Source: a virus
IMG/VR virus record: IMGVR_UViG_3300027889_000001
DNA length: 64,000 nt
Direction: 5' to 3' (one strand)
The translations under genes were made by a program, and so were the position numbers. The number at the start of each line of letters is the position of its first letter. Position 1 is the first letter of the stretch. The notes under the pieces were generated by a model. The model saw nothing but the letters and a program-made list of their open reading frames with translations. It did not search any database and was not told the DNA's origin. This document shows positions 23,819 through 33,370 of this stretch, piece after piece.

Positions 23819-24778
23819 ATGGCGCCTCCCGGCGGATTCCAAACTTCGATGCAGCAAGTTCCTGCCGTAGGCGTAGCAGGCGACTTTGCAAGCGCAAATG
23901 CATGGATGTCGGCTGTAGCCGGCCCCAGCGCGCTCGTTGCCGGTGCAGCGGGCGTTTATGTAGGGCGGTTCTGCTGGACCGCGCCACCCCCTGATCCGGA
24001 TGATACTAACGCCATTGTAAACAGCTTTGGCGCGGGCAATGTGGCGGGCTTTGTTCACCGCGCACAGCAGGCACTTATCACCGGCTTCTTGCAAGACGCA
24101 TCCATGCTGATCCCGCCGGGATACCAGATGGGCATCATGGTACAGGGCGATTTCTGGATCGTCAACAGCGGTACGGGCGAGGCTGTAGTTGGCCAGAAAG
24201 CCTATGCGAACTTTGCGAATGGCTTGGCTACTTTCGCCGCAACAGGTTCGCCAAGCACAGCCGCGTCCGGCTCGGCTTCAAGCATTGCTGCCGAAACCAA
24301 TTCATTTACGGCATCGATTAGCGGCGATGTAATGACCGTCTCCGCCGTAGGCTCCGGTACGTTGTATCCGGGAACTACGATCAGCGGCACAGGTGTTACG
24401 ACCGGCAACCAGATCGTTTCGCAGATTTCTGGTACGGCAGGTGGGGTGGGAACCTATCTGGTATCGATCCCCGAACAGTCGGTGGTCAGCGAAGCGATCA
24501 GCGGCACCTACGGTCTGCTTACGGTTGGCGGTACGGTCGTTTCCGGCTTTGCTGTAGGCCAGACGATCACCGGCACCAATGTTGTTGCCGGAACACAGAT
24601 CACCGCGCTTGGCACCGGCACAGGTGGCGCAGGTACTTACGTCGTCAATAACAACACGGTCGTAAGTTCCACAGCCATTTCAGCCTATGGTAATGTCGAA
24701 ACCAAATGGTATGCGGCATCCGGCGGCTTGCCCGGCGAATTGGTCAAAATTACTTCCTGGGTCGGTTCTCAGGGCTAA
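23819..24778 (+). CDS. putative capsid decoration/cement protein carrying two copies of the ~60-aa shared module
   Basis: Lies between the DUF2213 gene and the major capsid gene. Module copies are at 24305-24502 and 24503-24682. Confidence 0.5.
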   Translation: MAPPGGFQTSMQQVPAVGVAGDFASANAWMSAVAGPSALVAGAAGVYVGRFCWTAPPPDPDDTNAIVNSFGAGNVAGFVHRAQQALITGFLQDASMLIPPGYQMGIMVQGDFWIVNSGTGEAVVGQKAYANFANGLATFAATGSPSTAASGSASSIAAETNSFTASISGDVMTVSAVGSGTLYPGTTISGTGVTTGNQIVSQISGTAGGVGTYLVSIPEQSVVSEAISGTYGLLTVGGTVVSGFAVGQTITGTNVVAGTQITALGTGTGGAGTYVVNNNTVVSSTAISAYGNVETKWYAASGGLPGELVKITSWVGSQG

Positions 24779-24805
24779 TTCTCTCGCAACGAAAGGAATA
24801 ACGCA

Positions 24806-25921
24806 ATGTTTCAGAACATCCAGGAAGCGAGGGAAGCCTTCCGCGCGGTTCATTCCGGCCACAACGGGGCCGGCGAACGCTTTGGTATCTACCTTCCCGG
24901 CGTGCAATCCTTCCTGCCCGACTCGTTCAAGAGCGAGCAGAGGGGATATAGCATGGCAATGGACGCACAGCCGTCCCTTGTTACTGACCCCAATTCGGGT
25001 ATTCCCTGGTTCCTGACCAACTATGTAGACCCTGCGGTTTACAAAATTCTTCAGGCGCCTGTTGAAGCAGCCAACATCTATGGCGAACGGCGCACAGGGA
25101 ATTGGACTACTACGACAGCCATGTTCCTGACCGTGGAACATACGGGCGAAACGTCCAGCTACGACGATTATGTCAACAACGGCGAATCGAACGCCAATGC
25201 AAACTTTCCCCAACGCCAGAATTATCTGTACCAGACGATCAAACAGTATGGTGAACTGGAAATAGCGCGGGCGGGCGAAGCGCGCATCAATTGGGTATCG
25301 GAACTGGACGGCTCGGCCGCAAACAACATGATGCGGTTCGAAAACTTCATGTACTTTTTTGGCATCCAAGGGCTGGAGAACTATGGTGGGTTGAACGATC
25401 CATCCTTGCCCGCATCGCTTACCCCGGCCACCAAAGCCTATGGCGGAACGACATGGTTCAGCGGCAATCAGCTTAAGGCTACGCCGAACGAAGTGTATAA
25501 CGACATCCTGGCGGTCTACACCTCGCTGGTTAACCAGACGGATGGTTACGTCGATTCCAAATCCAAGCTCACGCTCGCCATGAGCCCCGGCTCGGCAACG
25601 GCGATGAAGGCGGCCAACAGCTTCGGCGTCAACACCTACGAGTTGTTGGAAGAAAATCTGCCGAACCTTACTATCAAGACGGCAACACAGTACAACCAGA
25701 CTTCCGCCAGCAATCCGCAGGGTATTGCGGCGGGCAACTTCATGCAGATGATTGCTGATGAAGTGGGTGGCCAGAAGACCGGCTATGCTTCATTCAGCGA
25801 AAAGATGCGTTCGCATCCGATCATTCGCGAGATGTCGGCGTTCAAACAGAAGGTGACAGGGGGCGGATTCGGAGTTATTTGGCGCATCCCAATCGGGGTC
25901 GCTTCAATGGTTGGTATCTAA
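24806..25921 (+). CDS. major capsid protein (DUF2184-like)
   Basis: 371 aa, no cysteine, and the typical partner of DUF2213. Preceded by an AAAGGAA RBS. Confidence 0.7.
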   Translation: MFQNIQEAREAFRAVHSGHNGAGERFGIYLPGVQSFLPDSFKSEQRGYSMAMDAQPSLVTDPNSGIPWFLTNYVDPAVYKILQAPVEAANIYGERRTGNWTTTTAMFLTVEHTGETSSYDDYVNNGESNANANFPQRQNYLYQTIKQYGELEIARAGEARINWVSELDGSAANNMMRFENFMYFFGIQGLENYGGLNDPSLPASLTPATKAYGGTTWFSGNQLKATPNEVYNDILAVYTSLVNQTDGYVDSKSKLTLAMSPGSATAMKAANSFGVNTYELLEENLPNLTIKTATQYNQTSASNPQGIAAGNFMQMIADEVGGQKTGYASFSEKMRSHPIIREMSAFKQKVTGGGFGVIWRIPIGVASMVGI

Positions 25922-25930
25922 GGAGACTCT

Positions 25931-26467
25931 ATGCCAGACAACAAACAACCTGCCGCGCCCGCAATTCTGAAGGGCGATGAAATCCCCAACAACGGTACAG
26001 TAACGGTCGCGTGCAATGTTGCCACGACCGGCATTGTTCTTCAGCTTTACGAGTTCGAGGAATCCGAAGAGCCGGTTCTTGGCGGAGGCACGCGCGTCCG
26101 CAAGGTAGCGGTTGCTGTTGGCGATCCGATCACGATATTTGGTACATCGGTCGCCAAGGGTGTTGTTCCGCGCTGTGAAATCCTGATGGGCTATGCGTTG
26201 ACCAAGAATGTCGATGCACAGTTCATCAAGAAATGGCTCAAGGACAACGCGCAGAGCCCATTGGTCAAGAACGGTTGTATTCACGCTTGGGCAACCAACC
26301 GCGATAACCGGAACTGGACCAAGGAGAACGAATCCCGGCGCAGCGGGCTACAGCCGATTGTTCCCGGCGTGGACGACAAAGGCCGCCCCCTGGACCTGCG
26401 CGTTCCCCGGCGCCGCAATACCGGCATTGGCAACGTAGGTGCTATTACTCAGGGTGTTGCATCGTAA
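25931..26467 (+). CDS. hypothetical head-associated protein
   Basis: 178 aa with an AAGGAGA RBS, in the head module. Confidence 0.55.
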   Translation: MPDNKQPAAPAILKGDEIPNNGTVTVACNVATTGIVLQLYEFEESEEPVLGGGTRVRKVAVAVGDPITIFGTSVAKGVVPRCEILMGYALTKNVDAQFIKKWLKDNAQSPLVKNGCIHAWATNRDNRNWTKENESRRSGLQPIVPGVDDKGRPLDLRVPRRRNTGIGNVGAITQGVAS

Positions 26468-26953
26468 ATGGGCATCCAGGTAACATTAACCTACGGCCCT
26501 TGGATTGCGCTGTTTCCGGAGTTCTCGAACACCGTAAGCGAAGCGCAATTCAGCCTATGGTTGATTGTTACCACAACGCTCCACCGCAATGACGGTGGCG
26601 GCCCGGTAACGAATGCGCAATCGCAGACGACGCTGCTCAGCCTTGCGCTTGCGCATCTTTGTTTCATCTATCTTGGCACAAACACCCAACCCGCTGCGCA
26701 AACGGTAGGTCGCATCAACAGTGCGTCGGAGGGTAGCGTTGCCGTTACCACCGATTATGGTGCTAATGTCAGTCAAAGCATGGCGTTTTGGATACAAACA
26801 AAGTATGGCGCGCTTTACTGGCAGATGACCAGCGTTTACCGCACTATGCGATGGATTCCAAACCCACGCCCTGCAATCACCAGCAACATCTATGGTCCCG
26901 GACCTGGCCCGTGGGGCAATGGCTGGGGCGGCTTCGGATGGCCTAATTTCTGA
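26468..26953 (+). CDS. head-tail connector (DUF4054-like)
   Basis: Contains ...WIALFPEFSNTVSEAQFSLWL.... Position and size fit; TAA-ATG junction. Confidence 0.45.
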   Translation: MGIQVTLTYGPWIALFPEFSNTVSEAQFSLWLIVTTTLHRNDGGGPVTNAQSQTTLLSLALAHLCFIYLGTNTQPAAQTVGRINSASEGSVAVTTDYGANVSQSMAFWIQTKYGALYWQMTSVYRTMRWIPNPRPAITSNIYGPGPGPWGNGWGGFGWPNF

Positions 26954-27486
26954 TGGCGATCAAAGGTGGTGAAAAGCTTGTTCTGTGGATGAACAAGATG
27001 GCAGCACAATTGAAAAAGCCTGCTGTTGTCAGAGTAGGCTTTCTGGAGTCTGCTACATATCCGAACGGTACTCCGGTTGCGATGGTGGCAGCAATACAGG
27101 ATTTTGGAACCGGAAAGATTCCCCCGCGTCCATTTTTCCGTAATATGATCGCAAAACACAAGAAGGAGTGGGAACCTGCGCTTGCGTTGGGTATCAAACG
27201 CAATGGCTACGATATCAAGAAAACCTTGATGCAACTTGGTGAAGGTATCGCCGGTCAACTTCGCCAGAGTATTGTAGACACGAATGCACCGGCGCTAAGT
27301 CCCATTACCGTCATGCTTCGCGGAATGAAATCGCACGATCAATCTTTGGTTGTGACAGGTAAGACGGTTGGTATTGCGGCACAGCGCGTGCGTGACAGCA
27401 AAACGAATTATGGAGCATCAACCAAAGTTCTGGTGGACAGTGGGCATTTGCTCAATTCCGTTGACTACGAAGTAACAACGCCTTAA
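26953..27486 (+). CDS. head-tail completion protein (HK97 gp10 / Mu gpG-like)
   Basis: Contains AAIQDFGTGKIPPRPFFRNMI. TGATG overlap. Confidence 0.5.
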   Translation: MAIKGGEKLVLWMNKMAAQLKKPAVVRVGFLESATYPNGTPVAMVAAIQDFGTGKIPPRPFFRNMIAKHKKEWEPALALGIKRNGYDIKKTLMQLGEGIAGQLRQSIVDTNAPALSPITVMLRGMKSHDQSLVVTGKTVGIAAQRVRDSKTNYGASTKVLVDSGHLLNSVDYEVTTP

Positions 27487-27498
27487 CAGGAGACCACA

Positions 27499-28557
27499 AT
27501 GGCAGGTCAACTCAACTACAATAACCAACCGCTGTGGAGCCCTTCTATTGGCGATCTCCCCAGCTTTACACAAATGTTGGCGCAGTCGGACCTATCGCTT
27601 AGCGAGGCGATTGTTCCTGCCGCTATTACCACAGTAGGCAACGGAACGATTACCGCTACCGCGCTGAATGCCGGCGCAGTTGTTCGCTCAGGGCCAACCG
27701 CCGCTTACACGGATACATTTGACACAATCGCCAACATCATTGCATCGCAATCTGGTGGGTGGGTGTCAGGGGGTGGCTTCCAGTGCATCCTTAAGAACCT
27801 GACAGCCTTTCCGCAAACGCTTTCGGCGGGGGCTACGGGTATTGTTCTGCCGACAACGATTATCGTCGGCCCGTGGCAGGAGGCTATTTATTCCTTTGTG
27901 TTTGGCGGTACAGCGAACGCACCGACTATTACAGTATACCATCTTTCCACGGGTTCCGTTGCAGATGCGGCCGGTGTTACATCGCCGCAAATTACATCTG
28001 TCACGACCGTTGGTGCCGCTACGCTTGCTGCCGCAGCCATTGCGCAGGGAATCATCTCGCGAGGCGGTGCGCAGTCTAACGCGGCATTTGTCGATACGAC
28101 CGACACCGCAACAAACATTATTGCGGCCAATCCGGGCCTGATAGGAAAGATTGGTTCCTCTTGCCTGTTCTATTATCAGAACGGCACCAACGCGACTGTT
28201 ACATTCACCGGCGGAACTGGTGTCAACAGTGCTGGAACAATTGACACCATCGAAGGTAATTGTGCGGCGCTCTACCAGATCAACTACACCGCCGCTGCTA
28301 CGCTTGTTTTCACGTTGATTGCCAAGTGGAACGTGCCCACGGCACCGAACGGAACCTTCGTAGCAAACGGCGTCACACCTGTTACGGTGGCGGACAGCCG
28401 CCTTACTGCAAACTCGGTTATTATCGTAACGCTCAAAACGGTTGGCGGTACGGTCGGCGCGATCCCAGCGCCGAAGACTGTTACGCCGGGCACCGGCTTT
28501 ACGATTGCCGGAACAGTCTCCGATAGCAGCACCTACAATTACTTCATCGTCAACTAA
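27499..28557 (+). CDS. A/T/G-rich structural protein with an internal ~120-aa duplication
   Basis: ALNAGAVVRSG...YTDTFDTIANIIA is echoed by AIAQGIISRGG...FVDTTDTATNIIA. Confidence 0.5.
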   Translation: MAGQLNYNNQPLWSPSIGDLPSFTQMLAQSDLSLSEAIVPAAITTVGNGTITATALNAGAVVRSGPTAAYTDTFDTIANIIASQSGGWVSGGGFQCILKNLTAFPQTLSAGATGIVLPTTIIVGPWQEAIYSFVFGGTANAPTITVYHLSTGSVADAAGVTSPQITSVTTVGAATLAAAAIAQGIISRGGAQSNAAFVDTTDTATNIIAANPGLIGKIGSSCLFYYQNGTNATVTFTGGTGVNSAGTIDTIEGNCAALYQINYTAAATLVFTLIAKWNVPTAPNGTFVANGVTPVTVADSRLTANSVIIVTLKTVGGTVGAIPAPKTVTPGTGFTIAGTVSDSSTYNYFIVN

Positions 28558-28931
28558 TGAACCTGCACGGGATCGTAGCGGGAAACATCAGCGCGGTAAA
28601 CCCGTTCGTAACAGTAGTGATTAGCGCCTCGGCCGGTTACGCGACGCTTCCGTCAGCCGAGCGTGTTCCGCAATACAACAACACGCCCGCACAAGCGCAA
28701 ATTCAAGCGATGACCGGCGGCGATCTTCGGCAGATTGAAGGACTCAACCTGAATGGTACGCTGCGCAAGTTCTACTTTTACGGTGATGTCGAAGCTACCG
28801 TTCGCGCCGATCTCAAGGGTGGCGATATCATTACAGATATGGAAGGGCAGGAATGGCTTGTAAATCAAGTGATGGAAACATGGCCCGATTGGTGCGCGGT
28901 CGTGGCCACCCTACAGGTTCCTACGCCATGA
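28557..28931 (+). CDS. neck/tail-completion protein
   Basis: 124 aa with TAATG and ATGA overlaps. Ends in ...EWLVNQVMETWPDWCAVVATLQ. Confidence 0.45.
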   Translation: MNLHGIVAGNISAVNPFVTVVISASAGYATLPSAERVPQYNNTPAQAQIQAMTGGDLRQIEGLNLNGTLRKFYFYGDVEATVRADLKGGDIITDMEGQEWLVNQVMETWPDWCAVVATLQVPTP

Positions 28932-31900
28932 GACTTGCTGCGCTTGTCATGGTCTTTCTGGTAGCCCTATTAAACCCTCCTGCCTTCGCGCAAACCGGAG
29001 CCCCGCCTTCCCCTGTAGGTGGTGCGCAGCTTTGCAATAGCTGCTATACACCGTTTGCGGTCGGAACAACATCAACACCTATAGCATTCCCTGCGTCGAT
29101 CCCGCCTTACTCGACCGTAACCCTAAACAATACAGGGACGGTCGATGCTTATATTGAGCAGGGTCAATCGACGGTCGTAGCAACGCTGGCAAGCCCTGTG
29201 CTGCGCGCCGGCACAAGCATTGTTCTCAATGCCACACAAGGCGGCTATTTGGCTGCAATTACGGCAAGCGGTACAACTAACATCGATATTTTTCAGGCAA
29301 CAGCGTCCGTGCTGTTGCATACGTCCTCGGCAAATGGAGGCGGTGGCTCGCCTACGGGCCCGGCCGGTGGCGACCTAAGCGGTACTTATCCCAACCCCGG
29401 CGTAGCCCGAATCCTTGGCCAGACGCCAAGCCCGCTTGCCACGGACAACGCTGCGCAGGCTACAGCCTTCCTGAACCTGTTCTCTGCTGGCACACAGGGC
29501 CTTGTGCCCGCCAGCGGTGGCAGCAGCACGCTGCTCTATTTGAACCAAGCGGGGCAATTCACGAGCCCCCCTGGTTCTTCCTGTGGCGGCAATGCGTGCG
29601 GGACGTTTGCCACGCAGAACTATGCTACACCACCAATTATCGGCGGCGTGACGCCGAATGCGGCCTTCTACAGCGCGCTCACTGACACCGGCATTACAGG
29701 CTCTATTCAATGCCTTCACGCTAATTCAGGGGGGTTGATTTCGGGGACAGGTAGCGATTGTGGTTCGGGCGGTGGCGGCTACCCGCCCGCAGGAACTACA
29801 GGGCAACCGCAGTACAACAACAATGGAGTTTTCGGAGCTTACACGGCAATCCCGTTAGCCTATGGAGGGTCGGGACAAACGACCGTGGCCGGTGCGCTTG
29901 GCTGTTCGGGCTTCAATATCAATTGCCTGACGGTTCAAGGCGATGCCAACTACCAATTGCTTGCGACAGATCGCGCTGTCGAACTTGGAACGCCGTTTAC
30001 AACTGTACGCACTGACACGCTGCCATGTGCCGATTTACTTAGTGCGGGTCAGGGTCTGCAAATTTATGATCCCGCACAAAACATCAATGTGCTGGATTAT
30101 TTGAACGTCATTCCCAGTTCGTCATGCGGCGATACCCTGAATGGGTCCGTGAACACTATTGTAAATGCCTACTATGCCGGCTCGCGAATCTTTGCCATTA
30201 GTAACGGCATCAATGGCTGGCAGGTTGTTGTTTCGGCGCCCCCGATCTTCCAGCTTGATTTTGCCCGCGATTTTGGGGGCGTCGTTACAAAGGTAAACGG
30301 CACAAATTCATGTACGATAACGGCCAGTTCTGCCAATATCTCTTGCTCCGGTACGCCGACGTTCACACAAGCTGATGTTGGTGATATTGTAACAGCCGAC
30401 GCATGTGCATCGGGTGGTACGCTTTTCACATCCTATCTGGTTTCTGTCACGGCGGGGACTGGCAGTGCTGTGATGCACGATCAGCCCGCCGTAAATTGTT
30501 CGTCCATGAAAATGATAAATCAGATCAATGTGGCTACGGGAGGCAGTGGTTACAAATTCGGTGCATTTGAAACATTGGTCGGAGGGTCTCCGGTTGCGGC
30601 ACAGGTCGGAACGCCAGCGGTACTGGGAGCTAGTTCACTTACGATCAGCAGTGGTGGTTCAGGGGGCACCAACGGATGCACGGCGCTTACGTTGAATGCG
30701 GCCGGGCGCGCGTTGCAGGGTTTGCAGGCGACCTTTGCGGGAACTATCAGTGGGAATGCCTTGACATCCGTTTCCGGGGTGTTTCTGACGCCGGGAAGTT
30801 ACACGTCGTTGACAGGCTACACCTATGACGGTTCTGGCTATTACGACAGCATCCCTGTTACTGGTTGCGGTCTTGTAGGTGCGACGGTGAATGTTTCGTT
30901 TGCTATACAGGTAGAAAGTCTTTCTGGAGCAATAGGCGTTTATCCGATTTCGTCCATTCCATGCGCGACAATGATTGCCGATACTACAACGTCTACCAGC
31001 CATGGCACAGGGGCTACGTTCTACTGTCGATCATTTGCTCCGGTACAGTGGATCGGACATGACAATATAGCATCGATGCAAAAAATGGCGACTGCCGAAA
31101 GTGCAGGCAATGCGGCGGGTGCACCAATTACAGTTCAAGTCAATGGATTATTTGGTACATCAGGTCTCAACCCTGCTACGAATGCCATTCTTGGCCCCGC
31201 ATCGGTGATCGGCACGGGACCATTCATTTCCGGCTTCTACCATATTCCCAATACAGGCGGCGATATTCTACCGATTGTTGACTCCAATCCGAACGGTAGT
31301 GAAAACCCGTTTTCGTTTCTGATGCAGGTTAATCAGTCCGGTACATTCATTCGCAACCTGACATTTTACGGTGACACGACTTCGAGTACATGGGATCGTG
31401 ATGTAACAGCCTATGGTCCTATGAAATGGGCTACATTTCAGGATATTGTCGGGATTGATACAACAGGTCATATTTTCGGTGTAGGTGGTGATAGTACGGG
31501 GTGTGGCGTCATCGAAGAGTCCAACTTCGATAACATCCGTTCTTACATAGTTGGTAGCACAACCTACAAAGACCCCGCACTTGGCTTCGACGCTGTAGGA
31601 TGCTCACCGGGCTCGAACAATATCAGCTTGATCCGGCAACGCTCATTCGATGATCCGTATTTCGCCCTCACTGTGCGTCCCGCCACAGGGAGCACGGGGA
31701 ACGGCTCGCACGACATCACAAACACGGACCCGAAGTATGAGCGGTCCGGGCTCGACGACGCACGCACGACAGCGGGCCAAATCCTGCTCGGCTGCAATAC
31801 CGATTGTCTGTTAATGCAGTGGCCATCCACGACAGGAACGCCGATCAGTGGGAGCGCGAACGGTGGCGTTTCAAGCGTTTTCATTACCAACGCGATATTT

Positions 31901-32638
31901 GCCAACCCATCCGTCAATTCGTTTGCTGTGATCGTCGAGGGGCTTCAACAGTCCGACGTAAGCCAGATTTACATAACAGGAAACATAACTGCGGCAGCGC
32001 ATTCGCACGGCGGAGGTTTTCTGTTCAACGCTTGTAATGCGGCGTGCATTCTCAATGTGCCACAGAACAGTACCGTCGATTACAATTTGCTTGCTACGTC
32101 TTACCCAAATGCCGGACAAATCATGTCCGGTTCCATTGAGTACGATGCACATGGATACAATCCCGTTTTTTCGGCGGATAATGGGATCAACATTGCTTGC
32201 GATGGCGGCAATGGGGTTTTGAATGCGGGCGGTGTTTGTGTGATTGGTGTTGGCAATGGTGGAACGGGGGCTATTACTCCGCAAGCAGCGCGCGCCAACC
32301 TCAATATCGACGGGCTTACCTACCGCAGCAACAACCTTAACTATCAGATGCTTGCCACGGATCGGATGGTAGCACCAAGTATTGCGCAAGCGGATCGTAC
32401 ATGGTCGTTGCCTTGTGCCGCTTCCGTAAACCCAGGTCAAACCTTGATCGTTGACGATTTCCAGGGGCTCGTCAACGGAACACATACGATCACAGTTCAG
32501 CCATCTGCGTCCGGTTGTTCGGATGTGCTGAATGGTGCGAACAGTGGGGGAGCCGGTATTGTAATGAGCACTGCATATCAGGCTGAAATCTTTGCCAGCG
32601 ATGGCGCATCGCGTTGGACGCTAATCGGTGTGCAGTAA
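28928..32638 (+). CDS. giant Cys-rich fibre/beta-helix protein with Sec-type signal peptide
   Basis: Start set at ATG 28928 (ATGA overlap): MRLAALVMVFLVALLNPPAFA|QTG. Carries the fibre motif AGGDLSGTYPNPGV, a central beta-helix-like region (FIRNLTFYGD) and a duplicated module NYQ[LM]LATDR...LPCA...GQ.L.I.D...C.D.LNG. Confidence 0.65.
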   Translation: MRLAALVMVFLVALLNPPAFAQTGAPPSPVGGAQLCNSCYTPFAVGTTSTPIAFPASIPPYSTVTLNNTGTVDAYIEQGQSTVVATLASPVLRAGTSIVLNATQGGYLAAITASGTTNIDIFQATASVLLHTSSANGGGGSPTGPAGGDLSGTYPNPGVARILGQTPSPLATDNAAQATAFLNLFSAGTQGLVPASGGSSTLLYLNQAGQFTSPPGSSCGGNACGTFATQNYATPPIIGGVTPNAAFYSALTDTGITGSIQCLHANSGGLISGTGSDCGSGGGGYPPAGTTGQPQYNNNGVFGAYTAIPLAYGGSGQTTVAGALGCSGFNINCLTVQGDANYQLLATDRAVELGTPFTTVRTDTLPCADLLSAGQGLQIYDPAQNINVLDYLNVIPSSSCGDTLNGSVNTIVNAYYAGSRIFAISNGINGWQVVVSAPPIFQLDFARDFGGVVTKVNGTNSCTITASSANISCSGTPTFTQADVGDIVTADACASGGTLFTSYLVSVTAGTGSAVMHDQPAVNCSSMKMINQINVATGGSGYKFGAFETLVGGSPVAAQVGTPAVLGASSLTISSGGSGGTNGCTALTLNAAGRALQGLQATFAGTISGNALTSVSGVFLTPGSYTSLTGYTYDGSGYYDSIPVTGCGLVGATVNVSFAIQVESLSGAIGVYPISSIPCATMIADTTTSTSHGTGATFYCRSFAPVQWIGHDNIASMQKMATAESAGNAAGAPITVQVNGLFGTSGLNPATNAILGPASVIGTGPFISGFYHIPNTGGDILPIVDSNPNGSENPFSFLMQVNQSGTFIRNLTFYGDTTSSTWDRDVTAYGPMKWATFQDIVGIDTTGHIFGVGGDSTGCGVIEESNFDNIRSYIVGSTTYKDPALGFDAVGCSPGSNNISLIRQRSFDDPYFALTVRPATGSTGNGSHDITNTDPKYERSGLDDARTTAGQILLGCNTDCLLMQWPSTTGTPISGSANGGVSSVFITNAIFANPSVNSFAVIVEGLQQSDVSQIYITGNITAAAHSHGGGFLFNACNAACILNVPQNSTVDYNLLATSYPNAGQIMSGSIEYDAHGYNPVFSADNGINIACDGGNGVLNAGGVCVIGVGNGGTGAITPQAARANLNIDGLTYRSNNLNYQMLATDRMVAPSIAQADRTWSLPCAASVNPGQTLIVDDFQGLVNGTHTITVQPSASGCSDVLNGANSGGAGIVMSTAYQAEIFASDGASRWTLIGVQ

Positions 32639-33355
32639 GTGCTTGTTATATCACTCAAGCCCAACCAGACCGACATCAATACTCTCCTGAGCGCGTTCCT
32701 TTTGACGGTAGTGCCGAGCGGTGTGGAGGTTGTCCTTGGGCAAGACAACAAAGTATCGGAGCCGCTTGGCCCCGACTTCCTCGTCATGACACCCATCCGC
32801 CGCGAACGCATTTCGACCAACGTCGATACCTACGCAGATTGCTACTTCACAGGCTCCATTACCGGTTCAGTATTGACGGTCACATCAACCGAGTATGGGC
32901 AGATCGTTCCCGGAACTACCATATGGGGCGAAGGCATTCTGGCGAATACGACCGTCGTTCGGTCCAGCGCACCTAATGTCTGGTTGCTAAGCAACACGCA
33001 AACGGTCGTTTTAGAAAGCATGGCAGCTGGCACGCAAGCCTTGACGCAATCGACCAAGATCACATTCCAGATCGATGTACATGGCCCTAATTCGGCTGAC
33101 AACGCACAAAACATCTCGACGTTGTTTCGCGATGAAGTAGCGGTCGATTACTTCACAGCGAGCAATCCGGCAATCACCCCCCTGTATGCCGACGATCCAC
33201 GGCAAATGTCATTCCTGAACGATCAGAACCAGATCGAACGGCGTTGGATTGTAGAGGCGCTGGTTCAAGCGGATCAGACAACTACCATCGCATTCCAGTT
33301 TTTCGATCAGGCAACTATCACACCCATCGATGTGCAGGCCGCTTACCCTGCCTAA
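32639..33355 (+). CDS. tail-terminator-like protein with one inserted copy of the shared module
   Basis: GTG start abuts the previous stop. The module lies at 32846-33019 (FTGSITGSVLTVTSTEYGQIVPGTTIWGEG...). Confidence 0.45.
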   Translation: MLVISLKPNQTDINTLLSAFLLTVVPSGVEVVLGQDNKVSEPLGPDFLVMTPIRRERISTNVDTYADCYFTGSITGSVLTVTSTEYGQIVPGTTIWGEGILANTTVVRSSAPNVWLLSNTQTVVLESMAAGTQALTQSTKITFQIDVHGPNSADNAQNISTLFRDEVAVDYFTASNPAITPLYADDPRQMSFLNDQNQIERRWIVEALVQADQTTTIAFQFFDQATITPIDVQAAYPA

Positions 33356-33370
33356 AAGGAGTAACAAATC

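Noticed and set aside
24680-25369. Minus-strand 229-aa ORF.
   Set aside because: It is antisense to the major capsid gene, which has clear family features and an RBS.
30651-30666. A third copy of GTGGTGGTTCAGGGGG inside the giant fibre gene.
   Set aside because: It lies in the opposite sense relative to transcription and simply encodes Gly-Gly-Ser-Gly-Gly. One such 16-nt match is about what chance predicts.
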